A DNA stretch of 64,000 nucleotides, from NCBI RefSeq assembly GCF_036321535.1, contig NC_087437.1, positions 89,096,001 to 89,160,000 on the forward strand. Reading direction: 5' to 3'. Source of the DNA: Camelus dromedarius (lineage: Eukaryota). Position numbers and translations under genes: made by a program. Position 1 is the stretch's first letter; the number at the start of each line of letters is the position of its first letter. Positions 12,758 to 24,265 of this stretch are shown piece after piece. The notes below the pieces were generated by a model. The model made no database searches. It was not told where the DNA came from and saw only the letters and a program-made list of their open reading frames with translations.

Positions 12758-15154
12758 TTAGATTCCACATATGAGTGATATCATATGGTATTTTTCTTTC
12801 TATTTCTGTCTTATTTCACTTAGAATGACATTCTCCAGGGTCATCCATGTTGCTGCAAATGGCATTATTTTATCGTTTTTTATGGCCGACTAGTATTCTG
12901 TTGTATAATATACCACAACTTCTTTATCTAAACATCTGTCGATGGACATGTAGGTTATTTCTGTGTCTTGGCTATTGTAAATAGTGCTGCTGTGAACATT
13001 GGGGTACAGGTATCTTTTTGAATTAGGGTTCCCTCTGGATATATGCCCAGGAGTGGGTGGGATTGCTGGGTCATATGGTATGTCTATTTTTACTCTTTTG
13101 AGGAATCTCCATGCTGTTTTCCACAATGACTGCAGCATACAGCATTCCCACCGGCAGTGTAGGAGGGTTCTCTTTTCTCCAAACCCTCTCCAGCATTTAT
13201 CATTTGTGGACTTTTGAATGATGGCCATTCTAACTGGTGTGAGGTGATATCTCACTGTAGTTTTGACTTGCAGTTCTCTAACAATTACAGATATGTTCCC
13301 TCTGTATCCACTTTGGTAAGGGTTTTTTTTTTTTATCATAAATGGGTGTTGAATTTTATCAAATGCTTTTTATGTATCTATTGAGATGATCATGTGGTTT
13401 TTGTCCTTTCTCTTGTTGATGTCATGCATCACATTGATTGATTTGCATATATTGAATCATCCTTGTGTTCCTGGGATGAACCCAACTTGATAATGGTATA
13501 TGATCTTTTTTATGTGCTGTTGGATTCTGTTTGCTAAAATTTTGTTGAGGATTTTTGCATCTATTTTCATCAGTGATATTGTTCTGTAACTTTCTTTTTT
13601 GGTAGTATTTTTGTCTGATTTTGGTGTCAGGATGATGGCAGCTTCATATAATGAGATTGGGAGTACTCCTTTCTTTTCAGTCTTCTGGAATAGTTTGAGA
13701 AGGACTGGTATGAGTTACTTTTTGTATTTGGTAGAATTCCCCAGTGAAGCCATCGGGTCCTGGACTTTTATTTGTAGGGAGGTTTTTTATTGCTAATTCT
13801 ATTTCATGTTTAGTGATCAGTTTGTTCAAATGGTCAATTTCTTCTTGATTCAGTCTTGGTGGATTGTATTTTTTCCAGAAATTTGTCCATTTCTTCTAGG
13901 TTATCCATTTTGTTTCCATATAGTTGTTCATAGTATCCTAGTAAGATATTTTGTATTTCTGTGGCATTGGTTGTAATTTCTCCATTTTCCTTTCTTATTT
14001 TATTTGTGCTCTCTCTTTTCTCTTCTTCATGAGTTTGGCCAGAGGTTTGCCAATTTTGTTTACTCTTTCCAAAAACCAGCTCTTGGTTTGATTTGTTTTT
14101 CTATATTTTTTAATCTCTATTTTATTTATTTCCTCCCTGTCTTTATTATTTCCTTCCTTCTGCTGACTTTAGTTTTGTTTGCCCTTCTTTTTCCAGTTCT
14201 TTTACTGGTAGATTAGATTGTTTATTTAAGATTGTTCTTTTTTGAAGAAGGCCTGTATCACTATGAACTTCCCTCTTAGAAGTGCTTTTGCTGCATCTCA
14301 GAGATTATGTGTGGTTGTGTTTTCATTGTCATTTGTCTCAAAGTATTTTTTAATTTCTTCTTTGATTTCATCATTGACCCATTGGATTTTTAGTAGTATG
14401 TTGTTTAATTCCATGCTGTCATTTTTTTCTCCTTTGTTTTTCTGTAGTTGATTTCTAGTTTCATGGTATTGTAGTCAGAAAAGATGCTTGAAATAATTTC
14501 TGTCTTCTTAAATTTGTTGAGACTTCTTTTGTGTCCAAGTACATGATCTCTCCTAGAAAATGTTTCATGTGCACTTGAAAGGAATGTATATTCTATTTTT
14601 GAGGGATGTAATGTTCTGAAAACATCAACTAAGTGTAATTGTTCTATTGTATCATTAATTTCTCTATTGCCTTATTAATTTTCTGTCTGGAGATCTGTCC
14701 AGTGATGTTAATAGGGTGTTAAAGTCTCCTAGTATGATTGTGTTCCCATCAATTTCTCCTTTTATATCTGTTGGTATTCGCTTTATGTATTTAGGTGCTC
14801 CTATATTGGGTGCATATATGTTAATGAGTATAAATCCTCATCTTGTATTGCCCCTTTAATCATTATATAATGTCTTTCTTTATCTTTCTTTATGGACTTT
14901 GTTTTAAAGTCTATTTTGTCTGAAATCAGTATTGCTACTCCTGCTTTCTTGTCATTTCCATTTGCATGGAGTATCTTTTTCCATCCTCTCACTCTCAATC
15001 TATGTGTATCCTTCTCCCTAAAGTGGGTCTCTTGTATGTAGCATATTGTAGGTTCTTGTTTTATTATCCAGCCTGCCACTCTATGTGTTTTGGTTGGAGA
15101 ATTTAGTCCATCGACATTTATGGTAATTATTGATAGATATATATTTGTTGCCAT
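12758..15154 (-). pseudogene. L1 ORF2 (EN/RT) pseudogene, frameshifted and internally deleted
   Basis: MATNIYLSIITINVDGLNSP… EN start; [15 protein letters not shown]-terminal motif; only 2.4 kb long. Confidence 0.9.
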
Positions 15155-15507
15155 TTTGAACTTAGTTTTGCAGTTGATTTGGTATTTCCTCTTTGTTCCT
15201 TTCTTTTTCTTTCTGTGGTTTGATAATTTTCCTATTATCTTGGTTTCTTTTTAGTTTTTGTAACTCTATTGTAAGCTTTTGGCTTGTGGTTACCCTGTTT
15301 TGTACATATATTAACCATTTACTATATCTGTTTGTTTTAAACTTATAGTAATATGAGCTCAAACACATCTTACTGGGAACATTAAAAAAAAAAGAAAAAA
15401 AATTCTATATTTTCTTGCTCCCCTCTCCTACCCTTAATGAATTAAATGTCCTCTTTTACAATTTCATGTTTATTCTGCTATAATTCATTGTAGTTATTGC
15501 CTTTCCT

Positions 15508-15510
<3 letters not shown>

Positions 15511-15550
<40 letters not shown>
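15511..15550. repeat. (GT)20 microsatellite
   Basis: Perfect dinucleotide run in the L1 inter-ORF spacer. Confidence 0.98.
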
Positions 15551-15552
<2 letters not shown>

Positions 15553-15582
15553 CCTTTCTGCAGCATCCTGCTTCTTTTCTAT

Positions 15583-16471
15583 TTAGAGTAGAACTTTCAA
15601 TATGTCTTTTAGCATAGGTTTAGTGTTGCTAATTCTTTTAGTTTTTGCTTTTCTGTGAAGCTCTTTATCTCTCCTTCTATTCTAAAGATAGCCTTGCTGG
15701 ATGAAGTATCCTAGGTCGTATCTTTTTCTCATTCAGGATTTTGAATATATCTTGCCACTCCCTTCTGATCTGCAGTGTTTGTGTAGAAAAATCAGCTGAA
15801 AGCCTTATGGGGGTTCCCTTGTAACTAACTCTTTGTTTTTCTCTTGCAACCTTTAGAATCATTTCTTTATCCTTAAACTTGGCCATCCTGATTATAATAT
15901 GTCTTGTTTTGTGTCTGAGTTCTTCTTGTTTGGGACCCTCTGTGCTTCCTGTACTTAGATATCTGACTCCTTCTTTAGGTTTGGGAAGTTTTCAGCCATG
16001 ATTTCTTGAAATACCTTTTCAATCCCCTTTACTCTTTTTTTTCTCCTTCTGGGACCCCTGTCATGCATAGGTTGGTATGCTTTATATTATCCTATATATC
16101 CCTTATATTGTTTTCATTGGTTTTTATTTGTTTTTCTCTCAGTTGTTCTGATTGGATGACTTCTGTTGTCCTGTCTTCTAAATCAGTTATTCTTTCCTCT
16201 GCATTATCTAGCCCACTTTTTACAGCCTTTAGCTCAGCTCTTATCTCAGCAAATGAGTTTTCCAGTTTTAATTGGTTCCTCTTTATAGTTTCTATTTCAT
16301 TTTTGACATATTCTGTCTCTATTCACAATCTCTTTTAGTTCCTTCAGTACTTTGATCACTCCTTTTTTGAAATCCTGATCAAGTAGATTATCAAGGTCTA
16401 TTTCATTGATTGTTCTTTTCAGGGGATTTCTCCTGTTCTTTTAATTGAGAATAGTTCCTCTGCTTCTTCAT
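15583..16471 (-). pseudogene. L1 ORF1 pseudogene
   Basis: ATG at 16471 (MKKQRNYSQLKEQEKSPE…); YKGTPIRLSADFS motif; stop at 15583-15585; disrupted frame. Confidence 0.9.
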
Positions 16472-18229
16472 TTTATTTATATCCTTCTGGCACTATGGAT
16501 TATGGAGTATCAGTTACCTACTGTGGTCCTGAAGGGGTTTATTTATTGACTTACCTAAAACAGATGTGGAAATAAAACTAAAAAAAGAAGAAATTTAAAA
16601 GGAGAAAAAAAGATTTGAATACAATGTAATCAGTAACAGAAGAACAAAATGAAGAGATATAAAAATCAAGTTGCTACATTTTAAAAAATAAAGAAGAAAA
16701 AAATATTTGAAACCAGAGTATAATTAAGAGAACAGAACAAATAAAAATCAACTTGAGACAAATTAACATAAAAATTTAAAAGAATAAAAACAAGATTTGA
16801 AAATAGTATAAACAACAGAACAAAACAAAGAGAAATAAAAATCAAATTGAGAAAAATTTTTTAAAAATTAATTTGAAAAATTTTAAAGGGATTGAAAATT
16901 TTAAAAATTTAAAAGTGAAAAAAGAAAAGAGAAAAAACTGGATGTGTTCCCGTGGAGACTGTGTGCTCTTAATAATTCTGTTGACAGGTACTTCTTAAGT
17001 ATGGGTGGTTGCTAAGTCTTCCTTCTGTGCCTTTTGTCTATTATCCCTTTGGTTGGGGGTGTGGCCGGTGTTGTGGTGGCCAGATGTGGTTGTCGCTGCT
17101 CCTGCCCTCACCTTGCTGCGTGAACTCCACTCACTGTTTCCAGAACTCTCCTGGTCGCGTTCCTGGTCTGTGCTGCTCCCAGTGCGGGTGGGAGTGCGGG
17201 TCACGCCCCCTCCTGACGCTGCGTCCCCGTGCGTGCTCGTGCATGGTAGCTGGGCGGGTTGCTCCCCCGTTCACTGTTGCTCCCCTGCGCCATGTAGTGT
17301 CCAGACTTGGTAGGCAGGCTCGGAGAAAACGGCCGCACCAGCCCTAGCCCCTGCTCTGTGCCAGAACTCCTCTCCTTGTTCGTTTGTCTTAGAGGCCCGA
17401 GTTCACAGAGGCATGGGGCAGAAGGTCCCCTCCGCCTGGGGATGTAAACAAGTCTCAGTCCCGCCTATGAGGTTGCGGAGCCCACAGGTAAGGATTCAGG
17501 TTTCGCCACCACCTCCGTCTGGGAGCCGCGCATAGGAGCATGTGGCAGCGGTGGCTGCGCCCCGCCTCACTTCTGCGAACACACCCAGCAATGGCGCCCG
17601 GGGCTGAGGAGACAGAGGCTACGGTGCCCCTCCCCCCAGGGCACACCAGCAGTGTTGTTTGCTTTTTTTTTTGTTTGTATTTTATGGGAACCCAGGCTGT
17701 TCTGATCTGTAAACCCTCCCAGGCACCGCGCACAGGGCACTGTAGTCGCCAGAGGTTGCTTCTGCACAGTCTGCGCGAGTCCACCCGGCTCGGGCAGCCT
17801 GTTCCGTCCCTCACCTGCTGGTTTGAGTCTAGGGCTGGGTGTCATTCGTGCACGTTTAACTTAGTTCTGTCAGTCAAGGGGTACTCTGTACAGATCCGAG
17901 CCTCAGAGGCTCCCCCTCCATCCTGCTGGCCTCTCCGTTGGAGAGGGGGAGATTCAGCAACCTGAGCGCTGTTCCTCCTTTGCCGCTCCCTCCCCGCGGA
18001 ATCGGTCCCACACTGTTTTGCTTTTTCTTCCTTCTTTTTTCCTTTTCTCCTATGAGCTTCGTTGTGTATTTTGTCTATTAAAGAAGGCGATGTTCTGTCA
18101 GAGTTCTTCAGGTGCTCTGATTGGCTGGGAGGGTCCATGGATGTCACTCTTGGTGGTGTTAGTGGGAGAGTGAGCTACAGGTGCCCTTCTACTCTGCCAT
18201 CTTGGCCCTTCTTTCCCCGCTTGGAGTTT

Positions 18230-18525
18230 TTAACTCGCAGACTCGTCCACACTAAGCCTCCAGCAATTTGTGAAATAAGTTCAGGTTTTCCTGTCCCAGT
18301 ACAGGATCCCAGGGTGGTTTCTGCTTGCTGGTCTCTGCTTCAGGTAAGCCATGATTCCTTTATTTTCCTGTCTCACCCTCCAATTATAGAGGCAGTTGTT
18401 TGCCTGTGTCCTCTTCTCTTTTATGAATACAAGATTTGTTGATTTTTCAGTCTGTTCAGCTTTTTACTTATTGTTAGGATAAAGTGGTATCTTTCAAGCT
18501 TCTTACATGTGTAACTAGAAACTGC
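18230..18525 (-). mobile_element. 5' end of the L1MC-like element (continuation of 10340-12412)
   Basis: Sequence resumes after the TSD; L1M 5'-terminal pattern …ttcagctttttacttattgttagg…cttacatg. Confidence 0.75.
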
Positions 18526-19264
18526 AAAACAATACCTATAAAACTGGGGGGAAAAAAAACTGTGTATCTCTGATGACCCTGCAATCTTACTTTTAGATTT
18601 ACATCCTAGAGAAAGCTTTCCTAATGTGTATAAGAGTATATACCCAAATATGTTCGTTGTAGCATTATTTATATTTCAAAACACATGAAAATCACTTGGG
18701 TACTTCAGCAGGAGAACGGAATATTTTGAATAATACGTAGGAGTTAAAAATAAACTAGTTGTACATACCTCGGTTTGGCTATATCTCAAGAAAAAAATAA
18801 GTAAGTAAATCAAGCTGCAGAAGGACTTCATGTAACTTTATAACATCATGTAAACAGTTCCTCTTTGTGTTTATAGAAATATTTATAGGTAAACAAAATA
18901 TAAATACAAGGATTATAAAGTATTACATTAAATTATGATAATCTACCCACTCCTTACTTCTTGTCACCGTGGAGAAATGGAATTAAAATTTTATTGGGAA
19001 GAAGGGACTTAGAGTTTACATATAATATTTTATTTTTAAGAAAAATTATATAAAGTCAAAATTGAAAGAAATAATCACTTTTAATTATGAAAGACTTTTT
19101 TAACATGCTTTTTACTGTATTTTTCTGTTTAATTAAAAATGAAACATTTTATCAGTTAATATACTCTAATTATAGAAAATTTAAAGTATGATACCCACAG
19201 TGCATGGCTCTTGGTATTCCTTTATAAAGATTGGTTGAAATAAATGATATCAAAATCACAACAT

Positions 19265-19384
19265 GGGGGGTTGGTATTGCTCAGTAGTAGAGTGTCATAG
19301 CATGCACAGAATCAGAGTTCAATTCCCAGTATCTCCATTAATATAAATATAAATAAAAATAAACAATTTTAAGAACAAAGTGAA
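19265..19384 (+). mobile_element. tRNA-derived SINE, camelid Vic-1-like
   Basis: GGGG…gctcagtagtagag A-box, agcatgcac, gagttcaattccc B-box, A-rich tail; TSD aaaatcaca(a/c)cat at 19252-19264 and 19385-19397. Confidence 0.85.
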
Positions 19385-19449
19385 AAAATCACACCATACG
19401 ATATTGTGTTCTGCAGTTTTTCCTCCTCTTAATAGCATATTATGAGAAA

Positions 19450-19650
19450 TAAAGAGTAGACCTTGGAATTAGGTTATTTTTGTTCAAACACCAGATACAT
19501 GGATGTACAATTTATTTAAACTCTTTGTGCCTCAGTTTCCTCAAAAGTAAAATGAAGCTAGTGAGATTGTATAAAGATTGAATGATGTAATACATATAAA
19601 ATACTTGGGACAGTATCTGGCACATAGGAAGTTTTTAATATCAGTTAGAC
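19450..19650 (+). mobile_element. MIR
   Basis: MIR core ctctttgtgcctcagtttcctcaaaagtaaaatg and 3' ctggcacatagga. Confidence 0.8.
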
Positions 19651-19660
19651 TTTGTAATTA

Positions 19661-20217
19661 TGTTAGGCAGTTAGAGCACTGGACAGGGGAGAGGAAAGGG
19701 AAAGGAGCAACCCAGAAAATAACAGTATGCCTGCACTTAGGTTAAGGAGCCCCAGAAATTTTTTACTTTCTCTAAGTGAGGGCCAGCAAAGAAGCCAGCT
19801 AGAATCGAATGCTGCAGCTGCACAGTAGAGAGAAGGTCCTGACTTGACTTGACCCAATGCTCATTATAGTGTAATTAACATTGCAGTTTGAGCCCCCTCC
19901 CATAGGTTTCTCTGTGTGTATCATGGGTAAAAACATGTGTAAAAGAGATGGGCATGCCTGAGCACAAGGCACATGAGCCATGCATCAGTCAGTCACAAAA
20001 ATGCCCCCTAAGCCAGGATATAAAACAGGACAAAGGAGGGGCACCATTTTCCTCTCTTGGATTGGCCCGCCCCCAATTCTCAGAGGTATACTATATTTTT
20101 CTAACTTTTTACTTCACTAATAAAATTTTCTGTGTATATCACACTTTCTTTTATTAAAAATTCTTTTATGGGATTGACTAAGAACAGAGGTAACTTACTT
20201 TCCTCCTCCTGGTGACA
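19661..20217 (+). mobile_element. Solo ERV LTR, 557 bp
   Basis: TGTTAGG…GGTGACA termini; TATAAAA near 20019; AATAAA near 20119; 4-bp TSD atta/gtta (1 mismatch). Confidence 0.85.
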
Positions 20218-20949
20218 GTTATTTCTCAGGTCATTTAAAACTCTTTGAACATATCATATGAATGATGTATTATATTCTAGTTTAACACTATTATACAGTA
20301 CTTTATAGGTTACCACAACTTTTCCAATCCTGAGTTAATGACTTTAATATATATTCCAATTAAGTATATTTTTACATCATTTTACTTCTAAGATAAAGGT
20401 TATAGGTATAGTAATTTTTGAACCATTATGTATTTGAAAATACTTTCTTATTCTTCACAGAGAGAATAAGTTATTAGATCAAACCTTTTTTCCCAGCAAA
20501 TCTCTGAAATATTGTGCCATTTTTGTAGAATTAATGAGAAATTTAATGAAAATTAAAATACCTAATTTTTGTTCTGTTATACATTTGTGCCTAATTGAAT
20601 GTAAGATATATATATGTGTTTTTAATTCAATTTTTTACCTTGTTTTGTGTCTGAGTGTGCTAAACTTTTATTGATATTTACTGGGACATAATGAAATCTT
20701 TATATCAGTCATTTGACTTTTCTCTTTCCATTTTTTGCAAATTTAATTCGATTATTTGTTTGTTGATTCTGTTCTATTTTTTCTTCTGGATTCTTATTTC
20801 TCTATAGGATTCCTAACATTTATTACCCTCATAATTACTTCCTTTATGGTTATCTTCCTTATAAACTACAAACTCCCTGAGAGCAGAGATATTATCTCTT
20901 TCTCATTATTAACTCCAAAACTAAGTGCTGTGTTTGGAACAAAGTAGAA

Positions 20950-21160
20950 TCTACCTCTTTCTCTCCCTCCCTCTCTTTTTCTCTCTTTCTCAGTATGTGA
21001 GGATACAGCAAGAAGGTGTCCATTTGCAAACCAGAAAGTGAGTCTGCCAGCACCTTGATCTTGGATTTCTCAGCTTCCAGAATTGTGAGAAATAAATTTC
21101 TGTTGTTTAAGCCACCTAATCTATGGTATTTTTGTCATGGCATCCCAAACAGACTTAGAC
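20950..21160 (+). mobile_element. MLT1 (MaLR) LTR 3' half
   Basis: gccagcaccttgatcttggatttctcagcttccagaattgtgagaaataaatttctgttgtttaagccac. Confidence 0.85.
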
Positions 21161-21379
21161 TCCATTTCAACATTTTATTTGTGGTATATTAATGTATGCA
21201 TATTAATATATGCCATACATTCTTATGACATTCTGAATTATTTAACTTTATTTCATTGGGCTTAATGAAAAATCATTATTCATATATTCACATTATTAGC
21301 TCATATGTTGTATGGAATGAGTCTATGCCAGTCAACAGGTTTTCAGTGATATATTAGGATCACTAAAAGTGTCCTTTTA

Positions 21380-21739
21380 GGAATTTAGAGCCACGCTCTT
21401 GTGCTTTATGTTGGTGATTTTGCTGTTTAAAATGGTCCAAAGTATAGTGCTTAAGTGCTATACAATGTGTCTAAACACAAGAGGGCTCTGTGTGTCTTAG
21501 GGAGAGAATATATATGTTAGATAAGCACTGTTGGATGTGAGTTCATTGTTAATGAATCAACAATATGTATTAAATAATGATGTCTTCAAATAAAAACACA
21601 CGTAAAACAAGGTTATGAATCAATCCCATGTGAAAAATGTTGTGACCAGACGTAGGAATTTACTCTTGTATTTCCCCTAGGGCAAAATGATTCAGTATTC
21701 ACTAATTCAACATTTGCAATGAATTTATAGAACATAACC
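21380..21739 (+). mobile_element. MER44 (Tigger-derived) DNA transposon, 3' terminus missing
   Basis: Matches recalled MER44 consensus (…gagttcattgttaatgaatcaacaatat…gtatttcccctagg…tttatagaacataac). Confidence 0.8.
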
Positions 21740-21940
21740 GATACAAAGCAGGACCCTGTGGGGTGCTTCCTGGTACAAATCTTTCCAAGTTCCCTTTTTT
21801 CAGTTTGTAGGAAAAAGGCTTCATTCAGCCTCCTTGACCTTCCCCGAGTTCCAAAAGACAAATTCAAACAATTGCTAATCAGGGAAAGGAGGGAATGCAG
21901 AAACAAAAGAGGAACAATTAAGAAACAATAGGGCAGTCAC
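21740..21940 (+). mobile_element. Truncated ERV LTR 5' portion
   Basis: (c/t)gatacaaagcaggaccctgtgggg start resembling cetartiodactyl ERV1 LTRs; abuts an L1. Confidence 0.55.
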
Positions 21941-22877
21941 CTGTTGACAGTCAGGTTGTTCCTAAGTCTTGGCTATTGTAAATAGTGCTTCTGTGAACGT
22001 TGGAGTGCCTGTGTCTTTTCAAATTGTAGTTTTCTTCAGATATATGCCCAGGAGTGGGATCGCTGGATCATATGGTAAGTCTATTTTTAGTTTTTAAGGA
22101 ACCTTCCTACTGTCCTCCATAGTGGCTGCACCAATTTACATTCCCACCAACAGTGTAGGAGGATTCCTTTTTCTCCACACCCTTCCCAGCATTTATTAGT
22201 TGTAGATATTTTAATGATGGCCATTCTGACTGGTGTGAGGTGATAACCTCATTGTAGTTTGGATTTGCATTTCTCTAATAATTAGCAGTATTGAGCATCT
22301 TTTCATATTCCTATTGGCTATCTGGATGTCTTCTTTGGAGAAATGTCTATTTAGGTCTTCTGCCTGTTTTTTGATTGATTTGTTAATTTTTTTATATGTA
22401 TATATTAAGGCACATGAGCTGTTTGTATATTTTGGAAATTAGTCCCTTGATGGCCATGTCATTTGCAGATATTTTCTCCCATTCTGTAGGTTGTCTTTTT
22501 GCTTTATTTACAGTTTCCTTTGCTGTGCAAAAGCTTTTAAGTTTAATTAGGTCCCATTGCTTATTTTTGCTTTTATTTCCACTACTCTAGGAGCTGGTTC
22601 AAAAAACAATGTTGCTGAAATTTATGTCAAAGAGTGTTCTGCCTATGTTTTCCTCTAGGAGTTTTATAGTATCCAGTCTTACATTTAGGTCTTTAACCCA
22701 TTTTGTTTGTTTTTGTATATGGTATTAGAGAATGTTCTAATTTCATTCTTTTATATGTAGCTGTCCAGTTTTCCCAGAAGCACTTATTAAAAGATTGTCT
22801 TTTCTCCATTGTCTATTCTTGCCTCCTTTGTCGTAGATTAATTGATGTAAGTGTGTTGGTTTATTTCTGGACTTTCT
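21941..22877 (-). mobile_element. L1 ORF2 C-terminal fragment, no 3'UTR or poly(A)
   Basis: Similar to 12940-13285; QLIYDKGGKN…WRKDNL motif on the minus strand. Confidence 0.9.
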
Positions 22878-22879
22878 TT

Positions 22880-23560
22880 GGGGATTGGAGCTCTCTTCAA
22901 AGGGACTGCTTTCCCTCCTGGACAAAATCTTTGAGCCACTACCCTGGTGCTGGGAGTGAGTGAGGACCATGACTGACATCCAATCTAGCACTTCGTCTAT
23001 GGATGGAGCAGAAGTCCCAGGTCTCTATGGCTTGCCTCTCTCACTGTATCACCCCAACCCAGAACCCTGGACATGGGCAATGAGGATCCCACTATTAGCA
23101 GTGCTGTTCCCAAGGTAGAGTTCCATCAACAAGTGGGAACTGGGCAGATGAAGGGAGCCCACTCCTCAGCCACACTGGCACAGAACTTAGCCTCAGCAAC
23201 AGGTAGCTGGGGCAAGGTGAGAAATGCTGATATCTTGCTTATTTTAGGAGAGTTACCCCATGGCTGAGATTTGGATGGAGAATGAGACTATGTTCTTGGT
23301 TGTACAGGCTAGAGTGGAGTTTCTGCCTAGCTGAGCTGGGAGGCTGGAGGGGCGATATGGGTCTGGGTTGAAATAACACAGCCTATTGTAGTTCCTATCA
23401 ACTTTTAGTAGATTTTCTTGAATAAATATTTTTCATTTGGTATATGCCCTTAAGACTATTTACAGAAAATTTAAATTTTTTTTTTTTTTTTAATTTTCAC
23501 CACTTTCACTATGGTGGGCGTCCTCAGAGTTCCTCATGCTGCCTTAACTGGAAGTGGAGC
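22880..23560 (-). mobile_element. Ancient L1M 5'-end fragment
   Basis: GC-richer L1M 5'UTR-like sequence ending …cagagttcctcatgctgccttaactggaagt. Confidence 0.55.
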
Positions 23561-23847
23561 TCTTCGTTTAGGTTCTGTAATCTTTTCAACAATAATATAA
23601 ATGTGTATGTAAATCAATCAGAATTATTGTTAATTCTACAGTTTGCACTATTTGTGAAATGATAAGTGGGTCACACATCACATGACATCTGTAATGAACA
23701 ACCTTTGGTAGAGACTGATTTCCTTATCTAGTATTCAAACTTATGCATGCAAGTTACTAGGTACTACTGCCCTTAATAATTATTGGTTCTGTAAATTCTA
23801 AGTTTAAATACTTAAGTTTAAGTTTAAATTCTTAGTTTTAACTAAGT

Positions 23848-24265
23848 TTATTAGTTTGCCGGTGAATTCTTGTAAGGTATCACAGACCAGGTGGCTTCAA
23901 CATCAGAAATGTATTTTCTCACAGTTCTGGAGGCTGGATGTCCAAGATCAAGGTTCAGCAAGACTGGTTCCTTTAAGGGCTGCAGGGGAAGGATCTGTTC
24001 CAAGACTCTCTTTGGCCTGTGGATGGCTGTCTTCTCTGTGTCTTCATATCATCTCTACTTTGTTTATGTTTGTGTCCAAATTTCCTCTTCTTGTGAGGAC
24101 ACTATTCCTATTGGATTAGTGCCACACTAATGATCTTATTTTAATATATTTCTTGAAGACCATATCCCCAAATAAAGATACTTTATTTTGATAAAGTTAT
24201 ATTAATGTGTTATAAACTAGGAATCCAGCATATGAATTTTCAAGGAATATAAAACAGCATATAAC
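23848..24265 (-). mobile_element. MLT1 (MaLR) LTR
   Basis: cagaaatgtattttctcacagttctggaggctggatgtccaagatcaagg hallmark. Confidence 0.9.

Larger units (their letters stand above)
12426..18216 (-). mobile_element. Near full-length younger L1 (5.8 kb) with internal ORF2 deletion
   Basis: TSD cc(a/g)cttggagttt at 12413-12425 and 18217-18229; TTTT/AA EN site; YY1-type CAAGATGGC at the 5' end; GC/CpG-rich 5'UTR; ORF1, spacer, ORF2, 3'UTR and (AAAC)n tail. Confidence 0.95.

Noticed and set aside
19265..19340. tRNA gene
   Set aside because: Degenerate cloverleaf with an A-rich tail and TSD, so it is a SINE
23795..23850. Short taagttta repeats
   Set aside because: Low-complexity slippage; not an array with spacers and not CRISPR-like
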